Source of the DNA: Candidatus Hydrogenedentota bacterium
GTDB taxonomy: Bacteria; Hydrogenedentota; Hydrogenedentia; Hydrogenedentales; CAILVY01
Length of the DNA stretch: 64,000 bases
Direction of reading: 5' to 3'
NCBI GenBank assembly: GCA_029565395.1
Contig: JAKQOG010000258.1
Span: 20,797-84,796 of the forward strand
Under the pieces are notes generated by a model. That model worked only from the letters and a program-made list of their open reading frames with translations. It searched no databases and had not been told where the DNA came from. Positions 8,956-19,400 of the stretch are shown here, one piece after another; the stretch's first letter is position 1, and every line of letters starts with the position of its first letter. Made by a program: the position numbers and the translations under genes.

Positions 8956-9804
8956 TTATTGAAGTTTGCCTACCCGCGCCTTGACTTCCTCTTGAAAACG
9001 GCCGATATGCTCAAGGAGGATATCCATCGGTTCTTTCATGGGGTCGGTGATGCAGGGTGTGAGGTCCATGGCGAAAATGGTCCCGGTGGTTTCGTCAACG
9101 CCGTGCGAGGCGTGATAGGTGGCGTGGGCACGGCGGCGTCCGAGCGTGGCGAGGTCGTACCGTTTCCCGCCAGCGATCTGGGAATCAAAAATACCCAGCA
9201 ACGCTGCTTGGAGATTTTCGTGGGCGGAAACGTCGAAGGCCGTTTTATCCGTATCGGTCATCCAATCCAGGTCGCGCCACACTTCGCAGCCATAGAGTTT
9301 TTTCGGGCGGATTTTCCCGGGCAATTGTCGAATAGCAGTGATTAACCGAAGCGTGATGCCCACATGGGTGTCGTGTTTGTCTGCGAGATTGTGCGTATAG
9401 ACAATTTCCGGCTGGGTGGCTTCGAGAATGGCGCGCAGATCCCAGATGGTTTGCTGGTTTTTCGGATCCTTAACGGCCCCGCTGGGGTAGTCCAGAAGAA
9501 ACATGGCGGAATATTCGCCAATGGCGGCGGCTTTCTTCTGTTCGCGGCGGCGCACCGCCATCATGTCCTCGTCCGAGTAATCCGCATACAAACCGGTGCG
9601 GGGCGATCCGCTTCCATTCGTCACCACAACTCCGGTGAACCATTTGTCAGACTGCTGATAACATGCCAGGATGCCGTCATAGGCCATGATTTCGATGTCA
9701 TCCTGATGCGCCGCGATCGCAAGATGGGTGGTGCGTGACAGGGCGGTTTCTTCCGGTGTTCCGTCGGGGATGTAGAGTTCCGCTGTATCCAGATTCAGCT
9801 TCAT
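8956..9804 (-). CDS. PIG-L/LmbE family N-deacetylase
   Basis: AIAAHQDDIE, VVVTNG, RRREQKKAA and THNLADKHDTH metal-binding motifs. Confidence 0.88.
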   Translation of the reverse strand: MKLNLDTAELYIPDGTPEETALSRTTHLAIAAHQDDIEIMAYDGILACYQQSDKWFTGVVVTNGSGSPRTGLYADYSDEDMMAVRRREQKKAAAIGEYSAMFLLDYPSGAVKDPKNQQTIWDLRAILEATQPEIVYTHNLADKHDTHVGITLRLITAIRQLPGKIRPKKLYGCEVWRDLDWMTDTDKTAFDVSAHENLQAALLGIFDSQIAGGKRYDLATLGRRRAHATYHASHGVDETTGTIFAMDLTPCITDPMKEPMDILLEHIGRFQEEVKARVGKLQ

Positions 9805-9819
9805 GCCAAGTCCTTTCGT

Positions 9820-11214
9820 TTATACAATCGGGAGGCTGGCCGCCGCAATCGACTGGCCCACCCGCCGGCTCTTTTCATCGGGCAGTTGGATATGCACGTT
9901 TTTGGCAATACTGGGGAATTCCGCACGAAGCACTTCATTAGCGCCGTCCAGGATCAACGTGCCGCCGCTTCCCGACGTGCATCGGCCCAGTATCAGTACA
10001 TGCTTGAGATCATAGAAATCGGCATAATGCGCAATGCCGTAGCCCATGTACACGCCTATGCTCTTCCAAATGTTCACCGCGCCTTCATGGCCCGCTTCCA
10101 ACATCTGCTGCACAAATTTCAGCCGCTCTGCATCCGTCACGTCTTTCGGCAATTCGATGCCGGCTTTTGGCGCGAGGCGGAACACGCATTGCTGAGAGAA
10201 GTAATTCGCGCCCACGCCCAGATCGCCTGACCATTCCTCGCGGGGTGCGTCCGGACTGTAATCCACCGGGCAGAAAGCCAGCTCATTCAGCCAGTCGGTG
10301 ATGTTGCCGTCCAGTGTGACATAGCCGCCCGCTTCGCTGGAACCGAGTGCCACGCCCAGCACGCCGTTGTCTTCCAGGGACATCGAACCGGCCAGTGCGG
10401 TAACTTCGCCGTCGTTTACCACCACCAGGGGCACGCCCAGTTCCTTGCCCATCCGCACGAACATTTCGCGCACCGCGCTAAAGCGGTTTTTGGGGATGCC
10501 CCGGAATAGTGAGGCCACCATGGCGCGGTTGTCGATGTATACGCCGGCCGAACTGCCGCCAATGGCGTCGACGCGCGGCATTTTCGAGGCAGCAGTCTTG
10601 ATGGCGGTCATCACTTCGGTATAGTGGTATATTGGATCACTGTTTTTGCGCGGTTCCCAAACCACTTCTTCGCTGTAGATGGGCTCGCCATTGACTACGG
10701 CGGAAACCTTGCGATCCGAAGCCCCTAGATCAAACCCGATCCGGCAGCCTTCCAGATGCCGGCCCAGCGGCTGCGTGGATTCGTTTCGGGGGGGTACATC
10801 TTCCGGCGAACAGGTCTTAATGGTGAACGTGCGTTCATACACATCTTCACCCATGAAATGGTAGTCGAACGAGCGCGTCCCACTGTCTTTGTAGCACTGA
10901 GCAAGATAGTTGCCGATGGATTTCGGGCCGCCTGCATATACTTTCCAGCCGCCGCGCTGCCACAACAGAAATTTCACAAGACGCTCGATATAAAACAGGT
11001 TCGCTTCCGCGAGGGGATGTTCTTCGGGAAAAACTCGTGTTTCAAAGCGCGATACCGCGCCGTTTGTTCTTTCCAAGGCAAGAATCATCGGAACGCCGCC
11101 GCCCGATTCTTCCACTTTTTTACGAAACGCCCGGTTCGCCAAAATGGCCGGACGAAATCCTTCGTCCAGCGGGGGAACAAAGCGGGGCTTATCTAACATC
11201 CATTGTACTTCCAT
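9820..11214 (-). CDS. ROK family sugar kinase-like protein
   Basis: IGFDLGASDRK, VVNDGEVTALAG, ALGSSEAGG and NELAF ROK motifs with an N-terminal extension. Confidence 0.85.
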   Translation of the reverse strand: MEVQWMLDKPRFVPPLDEGFRPAILANRAFRKKVEESGGGVPMILALERTNGAVSRFETRVFPEEHPLAEANLFYIERLVKFLLWQRGGWKVYAGGPKSIGNYLAQCYKDSGTRSFDYHFMGEDVYERTFTIKTCSPEDVPPRNESTQPLGRHLEGCRIGFDLGASDRKVSAVVNGEPIYSEEVVWEPRKNSDPIYHYTEVMTAIKTAASKMPRVDAIGGSSAGVYIDNRAMVASLFRGIPKNRFSAVREMFVRMGKELGVPLVVVNDGEVTALAGSMSLEDNGVLGVALGSSEAGGYVTLDGNITDWLNELAFCPVDYSPDAPREEWSGDLGVGANYFSQQCVFRLAPKAGIELPKDVTDAERLKFVQQMLEAGHEGAVNIWKSIGVYMGYGIAHYADFYDLKHVLILGRCTSGSGGTLILDGANEVLRAEFPSIAKNVHIQLPDEKSRRVGQSIAAASLPIV

Positions 11215-11329
11215 GAAAAAATTCCTTTCATGCGATCAACCCGAAATATTTTGGGAAGGAGTAGACTATAGCACATTTTTGCAGGATTTTTCCCGTGATA
11301 GACGCACATTTTGGGAAGTAATCTGCCAG

Positions 11330-11398
11330 GTCGGACGGATCGGACGGATCGGTCTGATCAATTCTGTCCGGCTAGTCCGACTGGTTTGATCAATCCGA
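11330..11398. repeat. 9-nt-period intergenic repeat forming an imperfect inverted structure
   Basis: tcggacgga-tcggacgga-tcggtctga followed by tccggctag-tccgactgg...tccga. Confidence 0.65.
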
Positions 11399-11433
11399 TA
11401 TAAAGAACACGCACCATTCGGCATCGTTAAAAT

Positions 11434-14400
11434 CTATTTTCGATATGCGCTCTCAAGGCCGGCGTGGTCCGCAACTGCCTGGGAGAACTCCGGTTGATTC
11501 GGCATGATGTCAAAGAAATTGTCGTGCTCGAAACAGGTAGTGATGCGGTCTTGGGCGCGGTTGTTGTAATTCATCGCTGTGGGCACGCTGTACACGCTGT
11601 TGTTGGTGACTTCAATAAATCCGCTTCCTTCGTCCAGGTAAATGCCGCCGGGGCCATCGGGGCCGTTGTCATGGATATAATTATCGCGAATCACGGTGGC
11701 CGGTTGATTCCCTAACATGTAGATGCCACCACCGTCGTTCCTGCGTAACATAACGTGATGAATATGATTTGCCACGATCTGATTTGCGCCGGAGGGAGTG
11801 GGTGAGACATAGCGGTAGGGGATGTTCTCGTATGCACCGCCGCCTGCATCTTCCTCGCCCCAGCCCCAACCCACGGACACGCCACTGTATGGCAATTGGA
11901 AGATCTCGTTGTGCGCAATGATAGTGCCGTCTACGTAGCCGCCGAACACACCGATGCTGTCCTGATACTCCATGCCGATATCATGAATACGGTTGTTGGC
12001 GATGCGGTTGTTGCGGGTAATCTGTCCGGGTGTTTTAGGGTGATGATCCACCGCCAGAACATCACCCACCTGTATTGCACTTCCGGAGATGTCGAAAAAT
12101 TCGCACACATTCACGAAATTATTTTTTGAGCCGCGTTCGATGTCCAGGCCCGCGCCGCCCAGGCGGGTAAAGGTGCAACCTTCAAAGCGGCAGCCTTCCG
12201 CCTGACGAAGCACCACATTCGCCGGACTCTTGATATATTCATTGTGCACATTGACCAGAGAGCCGTCCCGTGTAAAGATGTTGGTATTGTTAAAACAGAA
12301 ATTTGCCTGGACGTCCGGATGCCCGATACGGTTCGGCCGGGTCCATGTGGCGTCGGCGAATGTAATCCCGTGAAATACGATATTGCGGACGGTCTGTCCC
12401 GCGCGGCCTTCCACACGCATTAATGTTTCCAGTTGCGGGGCTGCTACTTCCGCTTTCGTCATATCTTCGCTGTCACGCGGCAGGTAATAAAGAATCTTAT
12501 CCTGACGGTCGTAGTACCATTCTCCCGGTTCATCGAGCAGTTCGAGCGCATTCTCCATATACTCCGGAAGTTTTGCTTGAACACCTTCCTTATTGGAGGT
12601 TAGCGTGAACCACGGTTGCAGCATTTTCACTACGGCGCGGCCTTGCAGATCCCGCGTGATGCGCTCCACGCGGCAGATCATGTGGCTCCAGGAATTATAA
12701 AAGCCAAGTTCCATGGCGCCCGGATTTTTCCAATCGGCCATGGCCCCATCCGGGAAAAGGAATCCCGCATCCGCATCGATGCTTTTCTGATCCCCGTAGC
12801 GTTCCACATTTTCCGGGCATATGCCCCGGGCGCGTTGGGCGCGTTTGCCGTTGACATACAATTGCCGGAAATCCTTCAGCGGTACCGAAGCCTTCCAGCG
12901 TCCATTGCTTTCCTGTTCCCAGCCAGCAATTAAAACGCCGCCGCTTATCACGGGTGTTTCTTCAGGAGCAGCCGCATAGATCACGCGTCCGCCTTTCTTG
13001 CCGGAATCACGCGGGCCGAAGGTGAGCGGGGCATCGAGGCGATAGACGCCGCCGCGCAAGACCACCGTGAAATCTTTTGTTTTATCAACAGTCTGGTCAC
13101 GCAGCATGTCGCGGGCTTTCTGAATGGTTTTAACCGGTAGTTCTTTCGTGCCGGGGTTGTCATCGGAACCATCCGGTGACACATAGAATTTTGCATGGTT
13201 GGTGGTATCTCTCATTGGAACTGCCAATGGATACGAAAGCGCGAGAGAAGCTGCCTTTACCGAAATGGATTGTGTCCCGGTGTTTGTCACCGCCAGCGTG
13301 TTGTCTCCCGCGTGAAGCGCTTCCAACGGCACATCGCCATCCAATCCAACGGTATTTCCATTGAGTGTTACAGAGAGTGTTTCTTTCGGATCAATGGTTA
13401 ATGTGGCTTGTTCCATGGGATTGTTTTTTGCCAGTGCCAGTTTTGGCAGGTGCAAAGGAATTTCTTTTACCGCGCCTGCGGGAATTTCAAGCGGCAACTG
13501 GGTGGGCAGATCAATGTTGGGAATGCGATGATGATTATCAATCAGCGGAAACAGCAAATTGCGTCCTTTGAGCAAGTTGGGATCACGAAGTGGGGGAATC
13601 CATGACCAGAAGGGATGTGGTTTGGTCTCGCGCCAGCACGGGAAATTGAAGAGGTAGATACCGTCCGCGCTGCAATCATAAAGGCTCATTGCGGCAGCCT
13701 GAATGCTTTCTTCGCTGTGGGAATCGCCGCCGTACCCGAACTCGATTCCTGCATAGATCGGAATAGGCCGTTCCTTGAGTGCCTCGCGCATTTCCTTCAG
13801 AGGCATGGTGAAATCGGATGCCAGGAACGGCGATGCCGTAATGAAATCGATCAGTTTCTGTCGGTTCCATTCCACGATATCCGCGCCCAAAGCATGACAC
13901 CCTTCGAGGCTTGTCGGCACTCGCACTGCCACAAGCATGGGCTTATACATCTTCACAGTTAGTTCGTTTGCTTTCGCGCGTACGGCGGCCACTACATCAG
14001 TTAAAAACTGCCGCCTTTCCCACACTTCCTCACCCGTGCCGCTCAAATGCCGGGGAAACCGCATCCAATCCAGTTCGATGCCATCAGGCTGATACTTTTC
14101 TATCAGTTCCGTGATCAAGGCCAGGGAATGTTCGCGCACTGGTTCCAACGAATAATCCAGGCATTGCGACATCCAGTCCGATGGATTCTCTCCACGCGCC
14201 ACCCTGTATTCCGGATGCTCCCGCCAGAGCGTGCATAAATCGGGGTCTTTTGGATTGTCCGCATTGTGCACCTCATTCATACGAAACGTGACGAATGCCT
14301 CCATGCCCCGCGTCTTGATCCCTTCAATAAATGTGCCGAATGGATCCTCACCCTCTTTCACCAATTTTGGCAACGCGCTCCGCGTGGACAATTCCTCGTG

Positions 14401-14676
14401 CTGGCTGGGATACATCATCTTCTGGATGCCGTTCGGACACAGCATATAGGTGGTCACGGCATTGGGACACTCCGCCACATGCCGCCGCACCATCTCCATG
14501 CTGAGATCCTCCCGCCAAAACAGATTTGTCCCATCGTTATTGACGATCAGACGTTTTATTGGTGGGGAGGGCTTAATGGGCGGGATTAATTTTTCCTGGC
14601 TCCACGCATGTATACACAATGGGACCATAAAGAACATAAAAATACCCAAGCATCGACGAATTTCACGTTGTGTCAT
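11434..14676 (-). CDS. Secreted bimodular carbohydrate-active protein: GHL10-like TIM barrel plus right-handed beta-helix (GH141-like)
   Basis: Signal peptide. N-half has IVNNDG, FRMNEVH and DGIELDWMRFP. C-half has FYVSPDGSDDNPGT, LELLDEPGEWY, LPYSGVSVGWGW and GIYLDEGS. Start set at ATG 14676 (AGGGAG RBS). Confidence 0.75.
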   Translation of the reverse strand: MTQREIRRCLGIFMFFMVPLCIHAWSQEKLIPPIKPSPPIKRLIVNNDGTNLFWREDLSMEMVRRHVAECPNAVTTYMLCPNGIQKMMYPSQHEELSTRSALPKLVKEGEDPFGTFIEGIKTRGMEAFVTFRMNEVHNADNPKDPDLCTLWREHPEYRVARGENPSDWMSQCLDYSLEPVREHSLALITELIEKYQPDGIELDWMRFPRHLSGTGEEVWERRQFLTDVVAAVRAKANELTVKMYKPMLVAVRVPTSLEGCHALGADIVEWNRQKLIDFITASPFLASDFTMPLKEMREALKERPIPIYAGIEFGYGGDSHSEESIQAAAMSLYDCSADGIYLFNFPCWRETKPHPFWSWIPPLRDPNLLKGRNLLFPLIDNHHRIPNIDLPTQLPLEIPAGAVKEIPLHLPKLALAKNNPMEQATLTIDPKETLSVTLNGNTVGLDGDVPLEALHAGDNTLAVTNTGTQSISVKAASLALSYPLAVPMRDTTNHAKFYVSPDGSDDNPGTKELPVKTIQKARDMLRDQTVDKTKDFTVVLRGGVYRLDAPLTFGPRDSGKKGGRVIYAAAPEETPVISGGVLIAGWEQESNGRWKASVPLKDFRQLYVNGKRAQRARGICPENVERYGDQKSIDADAGFLFPDGAMADWKNPGAMELGFYNSWSHMICRVERITRDLQGRAVVKMLQPWFTLTSNKEGVQAKLPEYMENALELLDEPGEWYYDRQDKILYYLPRDSEDMTKAEVAAPQLETLMRVEGRAGQTVRNIVFHGITFADATWTRPNRIGHPDVQANFCFNNTNIFTRDGSLVNVHNEYIKSPANVVLRQAEGCRFEGCTFTRLGGAGLDIERGSKNNFVNVCEFFDISGSAIQVGDVLAVDHHPKTPGQITRNNRIANNRIHDIGMEYQDSIGVFGGYVDGTIIAHNEIFQLPYSGVSVGWGWGEEDAGGGAYENIPYRYVSPTPSGANQIVANHIHHVMLRRNDGGGIYMLGNQPATVIRDNYIHDNGPDGPGGIYLDEGSGFIEVTNNSVYSVPTAMNYNNRAQDRITTCFEHDNFFDIMPNQPEFSQAVADHAGLESAYRK

Positions 14677-14739
14677 CGAAAATCTCCCTTTCTTGCATAG
14701 AGACCACAATACTGGTATGTCATCTATGAATCAAGCCCA

Positions 14740-14790
14740 TTGACTTTCCAAGATACTATACGTATCCTATGTTTTAAAAGATACGTATAG
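14740..14790 (+). promoter_or_regulatory. Sigma70 promoter with palindromic operator of the TA operon
   Basis: TTGACT-N17-TATCCT (14740-14768), overlapped by the 11-bp inverted repeat CTATACGTATC (14756-14766) / GATACGTATAG (14780-14790). Confidence 0.7.
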
Positions 14791-14801
14791 GAGCAACGGC
14801 A

Positions 14802-15062
14802 ATGGCGACTACGAAATTGACACTTTCGGCGGATTCGCTGCTGGTCCGGCAGGCGAAGAAATTGGCTAAAGAACAAAAAACCAGTGTTTCGGCCATGTTT
14901 TCCCGCTACATTGAAAATTTGGTTAAAATCCGTCAACTGGATGACAAGGCTCTCGGTCCCTTAACCCGGCGCGCTTCAGGCATGGTCAAATTGCCCAAAG
15001 GGAGATCCGAGAGAGATATTCTCCAACAGGCGCTGTCTTCAAAATACGGGCTGCGCAAATGA
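14802..15062 (+). CDS. Ribbon-helix-helix antitoxin (DUF6364-like)
   Basis: 86 aa, TKLTLSAD...AKKLAKEQKTSVSAMFSRYI. Overlaps the PIN gene (ATGA). Confidence 0.82.
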   Translation: MATTKLTLSADSLLVRQAKKLAKEQKTSVSAMFSRYIENLVKIRQLDDKALGPLTRRASGMVKLPKGRSERDILQQALSSKYGLRK

Positions 15063-15490
15063 AAATATTTCTTGATACGAATGTTGTGATAGACGTTTTT
15101 GCGCAGCGGGAGCCCTTCTATGCGTGGTCTGCACTTGTATGGAGCCTCGTGGAATCCGGCAAGGTGCGGGGTTACCTCTCCGCAATTAGCTTTAACAATG
15201 TTTATTACATTGTGCGGCATATAGCAGGTAAAAAACGGGCCATGGGGGCCATACGTCTTCTTCATCAAGTGTTTGAGACGGTCTCCGTGACCGATCAGAT
15301 CATTGCGCAGGCTATTGATGCTGATTTGGATGATTTTGAGGATGCTATTCAATATCACTGTGCGCTCCAATCGCGATCCGCCTATTGGGTTACACGAAAT
15401 CCAAAAGATTTCCCCGATGGTGGTCCTACAATCGTTTCTCCTGATGAATTTCTTAGTATTGTGAACAATGAAGGACACTCGAAAGGATAG
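15059..15490 (+). CDS. PIN domain toxin (VapC-like, PIN_3)
   Basis: MKIFLDTNVVID, DFEDAIQY and VTRNPKDF acidic PIN motifs. Confidence 0.9.
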   Translation: MKIFLDTNVVIDVFAQREPFYAWSALVWSLVESGKVRGYLSAISFNNVYYIVRHIAGKKRAMGAIRLLHQVFETVSVTDQIIAQAIDADLDDFEDAIQYHCALQSRSAYWVTRNPKDFPDGGPTIVSPDEFLSIVNNEGHSKG

Positions 15491-15491
15491 G

Positions 15492-16448
15492 ATGATGAGC
15501 CGGATGCAAAAACAAACGATCACCCGGCGGACGATGCTTCAGGGTATGGGCACCGCACTGGGGGCTGGTTTGACGGTCCCCATGCTTCACCCGGCGCCTG
15601 TGGCCGCTGTGGTAAAGGAAGAGGTAGCGGGTCCGACGGTGCGGATTCCAGCATGGTATTACCAGCACTTTGATGCGGACTATGAGAAAAAAGTGCCGGA
15701 GGAAGGTTTTGGCGGGTGGAAGAAACAAGATTTGGACTTCTCGTTGGATCACACGGCGGTGGTGGTGATGCATGCGTGGAATGCGGGAACCCGCGAGGCG
15801 TATCCGGGGTGGTGGCGGTGCGTGCCGTATATTCCCCGTTCGTATGCAATCCTCGAAAAGGTGTTTCCCGAGTTGCTATCCACGGTTCGTAATGCTGGCC
15901 TCACTCTCTTCCATGTGGTGGGCGGCGGTGAATACTATAAGAAGTTTCCAGGTTATCAGCGTGCAGTGGCATTGGCGGGGCCGCCGGAACCCGCTCCGGA
16001 AAAAATTACCCTGGACCCGGTGCGGCAGCAATTGGAACAATTTCGGAGCGACAATGTATTTGTTGGGAAACAGAATCAGGCCGATGTTAAGCGCGGTTTC
16101 GACCGCCTGGATTTCGCGCCGCAGGCAAAGCCGGTGGGGGAGGAGGGCATAGCGGAAAACGGCCGCCAGCTTTTCGCTTTGTGCAAGGAGCGCTGCATTA
16201 ATCATTTGGTGTATTGTGGTTTTGCGATTAATTGGTGTCTGTTGTTGTCGCCTGGCGGCATGGCGGAAATGCAGAAATATGGAATACTGTGTTCTGCGTT
16301 GCGCCAAGCCACGACGGCGGTGGAAAATAAGGAGAGCGCGAAAAAGGAGTGGGCCAAGGAGTTAGCGTTGTGGCGGGTCGCGCTTGCATTTGGATTTGTG
16401 TTTGACGTGGACGATTTTAGCCGCGCCGTCAAGAAATGGCGTGCGTAA
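15492..16448 (+). CDS. Tat-exported isochorismatase/cysteine-hydrolase-like protein
   Basis: TRRTML twin-arginine signal, HTAVVVMHAWN and HLVYCGFAINWC resembling cysteine hydrolase motifs. The start is uncertain (15468/15492/15504). Confidence 0.6.
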   Translation: MMSRMQKQTITRRTMLQGMGTALGAGLTVPMLHPAPVAAVVKEEVAGPTVRIPAWYYQHFDADYEKKVPEEGFGGWKKQDLDFSLDHTAVVVMHAWNAGTREAYPGWWRCVPYIPRSYAILEKVFPELLSTVRNAGLTLFHVVGGGEYYKKFPGYQRAVALAGPPEPAPEKITLDPVRQQLEQFRSDNVFVGKQNQADVKRGFDRLDFAPQAKPVGEEGIAENGRQLFALCKERCINHLVYCGFAINWCLLLSPGGMAEMQKYGILCSALRQATTAVENKESAKKEWAKELALWRVALAFGFVFDVDDFSRAVKKWRA

Positions 16449-16469
16449 CGTCCTGCAAGGAGAAATACA

Positions 16470-19400
16470 GTGAGTGCCCTAATTGAACCGTGGGATTACC
16501 TCGTGGTCACGGCTTCCAATGCCGCGCAGGCCGAGGCGTATGAAACGCAATTGCGATTGCGGCGGCAGTTGGGATTTCTGAGCGATGCGCGCGAAGTGCT
16601 TGTCGTGGCGGATCCGGGCGGACAGCGCGTGGGCAGTGGCGGCAGTACGATCTATTGCTTGATCACTGTACTTAACCGTGAGGCTGCGAACCGGGGCGTT
16701 GATATTTCAACGCCGGAGGCGCGGGAATCCGTCTTGTGCACACTTCGCATTCTGATTGTGCATGCAGGCGGCGATTCGAAACGCGTTCCCGCCTATGGTC
16801 CCTGCGGCAAGATTTTTGTGCCGGTTCCCGGCGAAAGTGACAGCATACTTTGCACCACGCTGTTCGACCGGCAGATTCCCCGGTATTTTTCGCTGCCTTC
16901 CGGCATGGTGGATCAGGGGCAGATCGTGATTACCTCCGGCGATGTTTTACTGGGACTTGATCCCTCGCTGGTGCGGTTTGATGCGCCCGGTATTAACGGG
17001 CTGGGGTGCTATGCCACACCGGAGCAGGCGTCGAAGCACGGCGTGTATGTGGCGCATGCCGGCGGCGAGGTGCGGCGCTTTTTACAAAAACCGTCCACGC
17101 ATGATCAGCGGAAACATAGCGTGGTGGATCGCTATGATCGGTCGATTCTCGATATTGGCGTGATGAGTTTTGATGCGGCCACGGCGGCGGCATTGCTGAG
17201 ACTGTGTGAAGCCGGACTTACAAAAGACGGAAGTCTTGCCTGGAGCGCCTCCATGGGGGAGGCCATTGGCCGGCATGGAATAGATTTTTATGGCGAAGTG
17301 TGTTGCGCGCTGGGTGAGGAGAGTGATGTGAAACACTACCTGCACAACGCGAAGATCTACCATTCAAAATGGCCGGAACCGGACTTGCGCCGGTTTTTCG
17401 CGGCGCTCTCGCCGGTACCGTTTCGAGTGCAGGTGTTGCCGCATTGTTCTTTTTTGCATTTCGGTGCGGCGCATCAATTGATTTCCAGTGGTCATGAATT
17501 GGTGCGGGAGGATCGCAGCATAGCGCGGGAACGCGAATGCCTGAGCATCTGCAATATTTTTTCAGAAGCGGGCCGCATTCATGGCAAGGATGCGTGGGTG
17601 GAAGGATGCAAAATCAAGGCGGAATTGCGCCTTTCGGGTGATAATGTCATTGCCGGTGTGGACGTACACGAGCCCTTCGCAATGCCGCCCCACGCCTGTC
17701 TCGACGTGATTGAGGGATATAACCGGAACGGCGAGACGGTCTGGTTTATCCGGTATTACAAGACCGGCGATGATTTTAAAGGAACCGCGAATCATGGCGG
17801 CTCAATTTGCGGTGTGCCGGTGATGGACTTTCTCCATCTTGCCCGCACCTGGCCCGAAGATGTGTGGGACGAATCCATTGAGGAATCCCAGCGTGGCATA
17901 TGGAATGCCAAACTATTTCCCGCGGAGCCGGACCCGCTAGGATACCGCCGTTGGGCATGGATGATGAACCCTGAAAAGGCCGCGGCATCGGAATGGGATC
18001 TGTGGCGCATGGCCGAGCGTTACAGTTTTGCCGAGATGGCGGAGCGGACGCATCAGGAGGCGTTTCATGAACGCCGCGCCCGCATTCGTGCGGAGGAGGT
18101 GCTGCATGCCCTGCCGCGCATGTTTCGTCCTGACAGCAATTTTTCCGCGCCCGAACTGGCGTATGGAATGATGCAATCCGGCGCGGCCGCGCCATGGGTG
18201 GCCGCCATCGTACGTGAGGCCCGGCGTCATTATGTAAAAGAGGGTGCGGAAGCCGATTTGAGTTCCCTGAACGCTTCGCGAATCCTGCACACCCTGGGTT
18301 CAGCGTTGTTACACCTGACGGATCAGGCGCCGCAACTTTTACGCCAAGCTTGGGATGATGTGGCGGCGGAACGCGCCTGGCTTGCGAATATCGGACTTGA
18401 TCCCGGTGCTTTTTCCGATAGTGCGGCATGGGCTGCCCGCGCCCGCGCGCATGCGTTTGAATATTTGAACAACACGATCTTGTCTTGTGGGGCGCGCATG
18501 GAGGCCTGCCCGAAAAATGCACTGAGGAAAGATGAAATTGTCTGGGGCCGTGCGCCGGCGCGGCTCGATTTAGGCGGCGGTTGGTCGGACACGCCTCCCT
18601 ATGCGCTGGAGCGCGGCGGATGTGTCATCAATGCTGCCGTGGATCTAAATGGCACTGCGCCGATCCAGGCATATGCGCGTGTAATCGAGCAGCCGGTGAT
18701 ACGCCTTGCTTCGATTGACTTCGGCGAGCGCATCGAGATTAAGGAGTTAGAAGAGCTGATGAATTACCGCCGGACCTGGAGTCAATTCTCGCTGCCGAAG
18801 GCTGCACTCGCGATTTCCGGATTCTCGCTCGATACGGCGCCCTGGCCGAAGAACACCACGTTGAAGAAAATGCTTGAATACTTCGGCGGCGGCATTGAAC
18901 TTACCACACTGGCCGCAATTCCCGGCGGGAGCGGGCTCGGCACTTCAAGCATTGTGGGTGCGGTTGTTTTAGCGGTGGTGCAACGGCTCATGGGACGTAC
19001 GCTCACCCAGCGCGAGTTGTTCCATGGCGTGCTGCGCCTTGAACAGGCCATGACCACCGGCGGCGGCTGGCAAGATCAGGTCGGCGGCGCGGTGCGGCAG
19101 GTCAAGGTGAGTACGGCCCAGCCGGGCCTGGTGCCGGATCCCATGATCCATTTTGTGCCGTCCACGGTGTTGGATCAGCACGCAAACGGCGGCTGCACGC
19201 TCCTGTATTACACGGGCATCACGCGGCTCGCGAAAAACATCCTGCAAAATGTAGTGGGGCGATATCTGGACCGGGAACGCGCCGCCATGACGACCTTGGA
19301 ACGCATTCATGCATTCCCCATCCGTGTGACCGACGCCATGGCGCGGCAGGATCTGGCGGCATTCGGCAGGGCGCTCGATGCTGCTTGGGAACTGAAGAAA

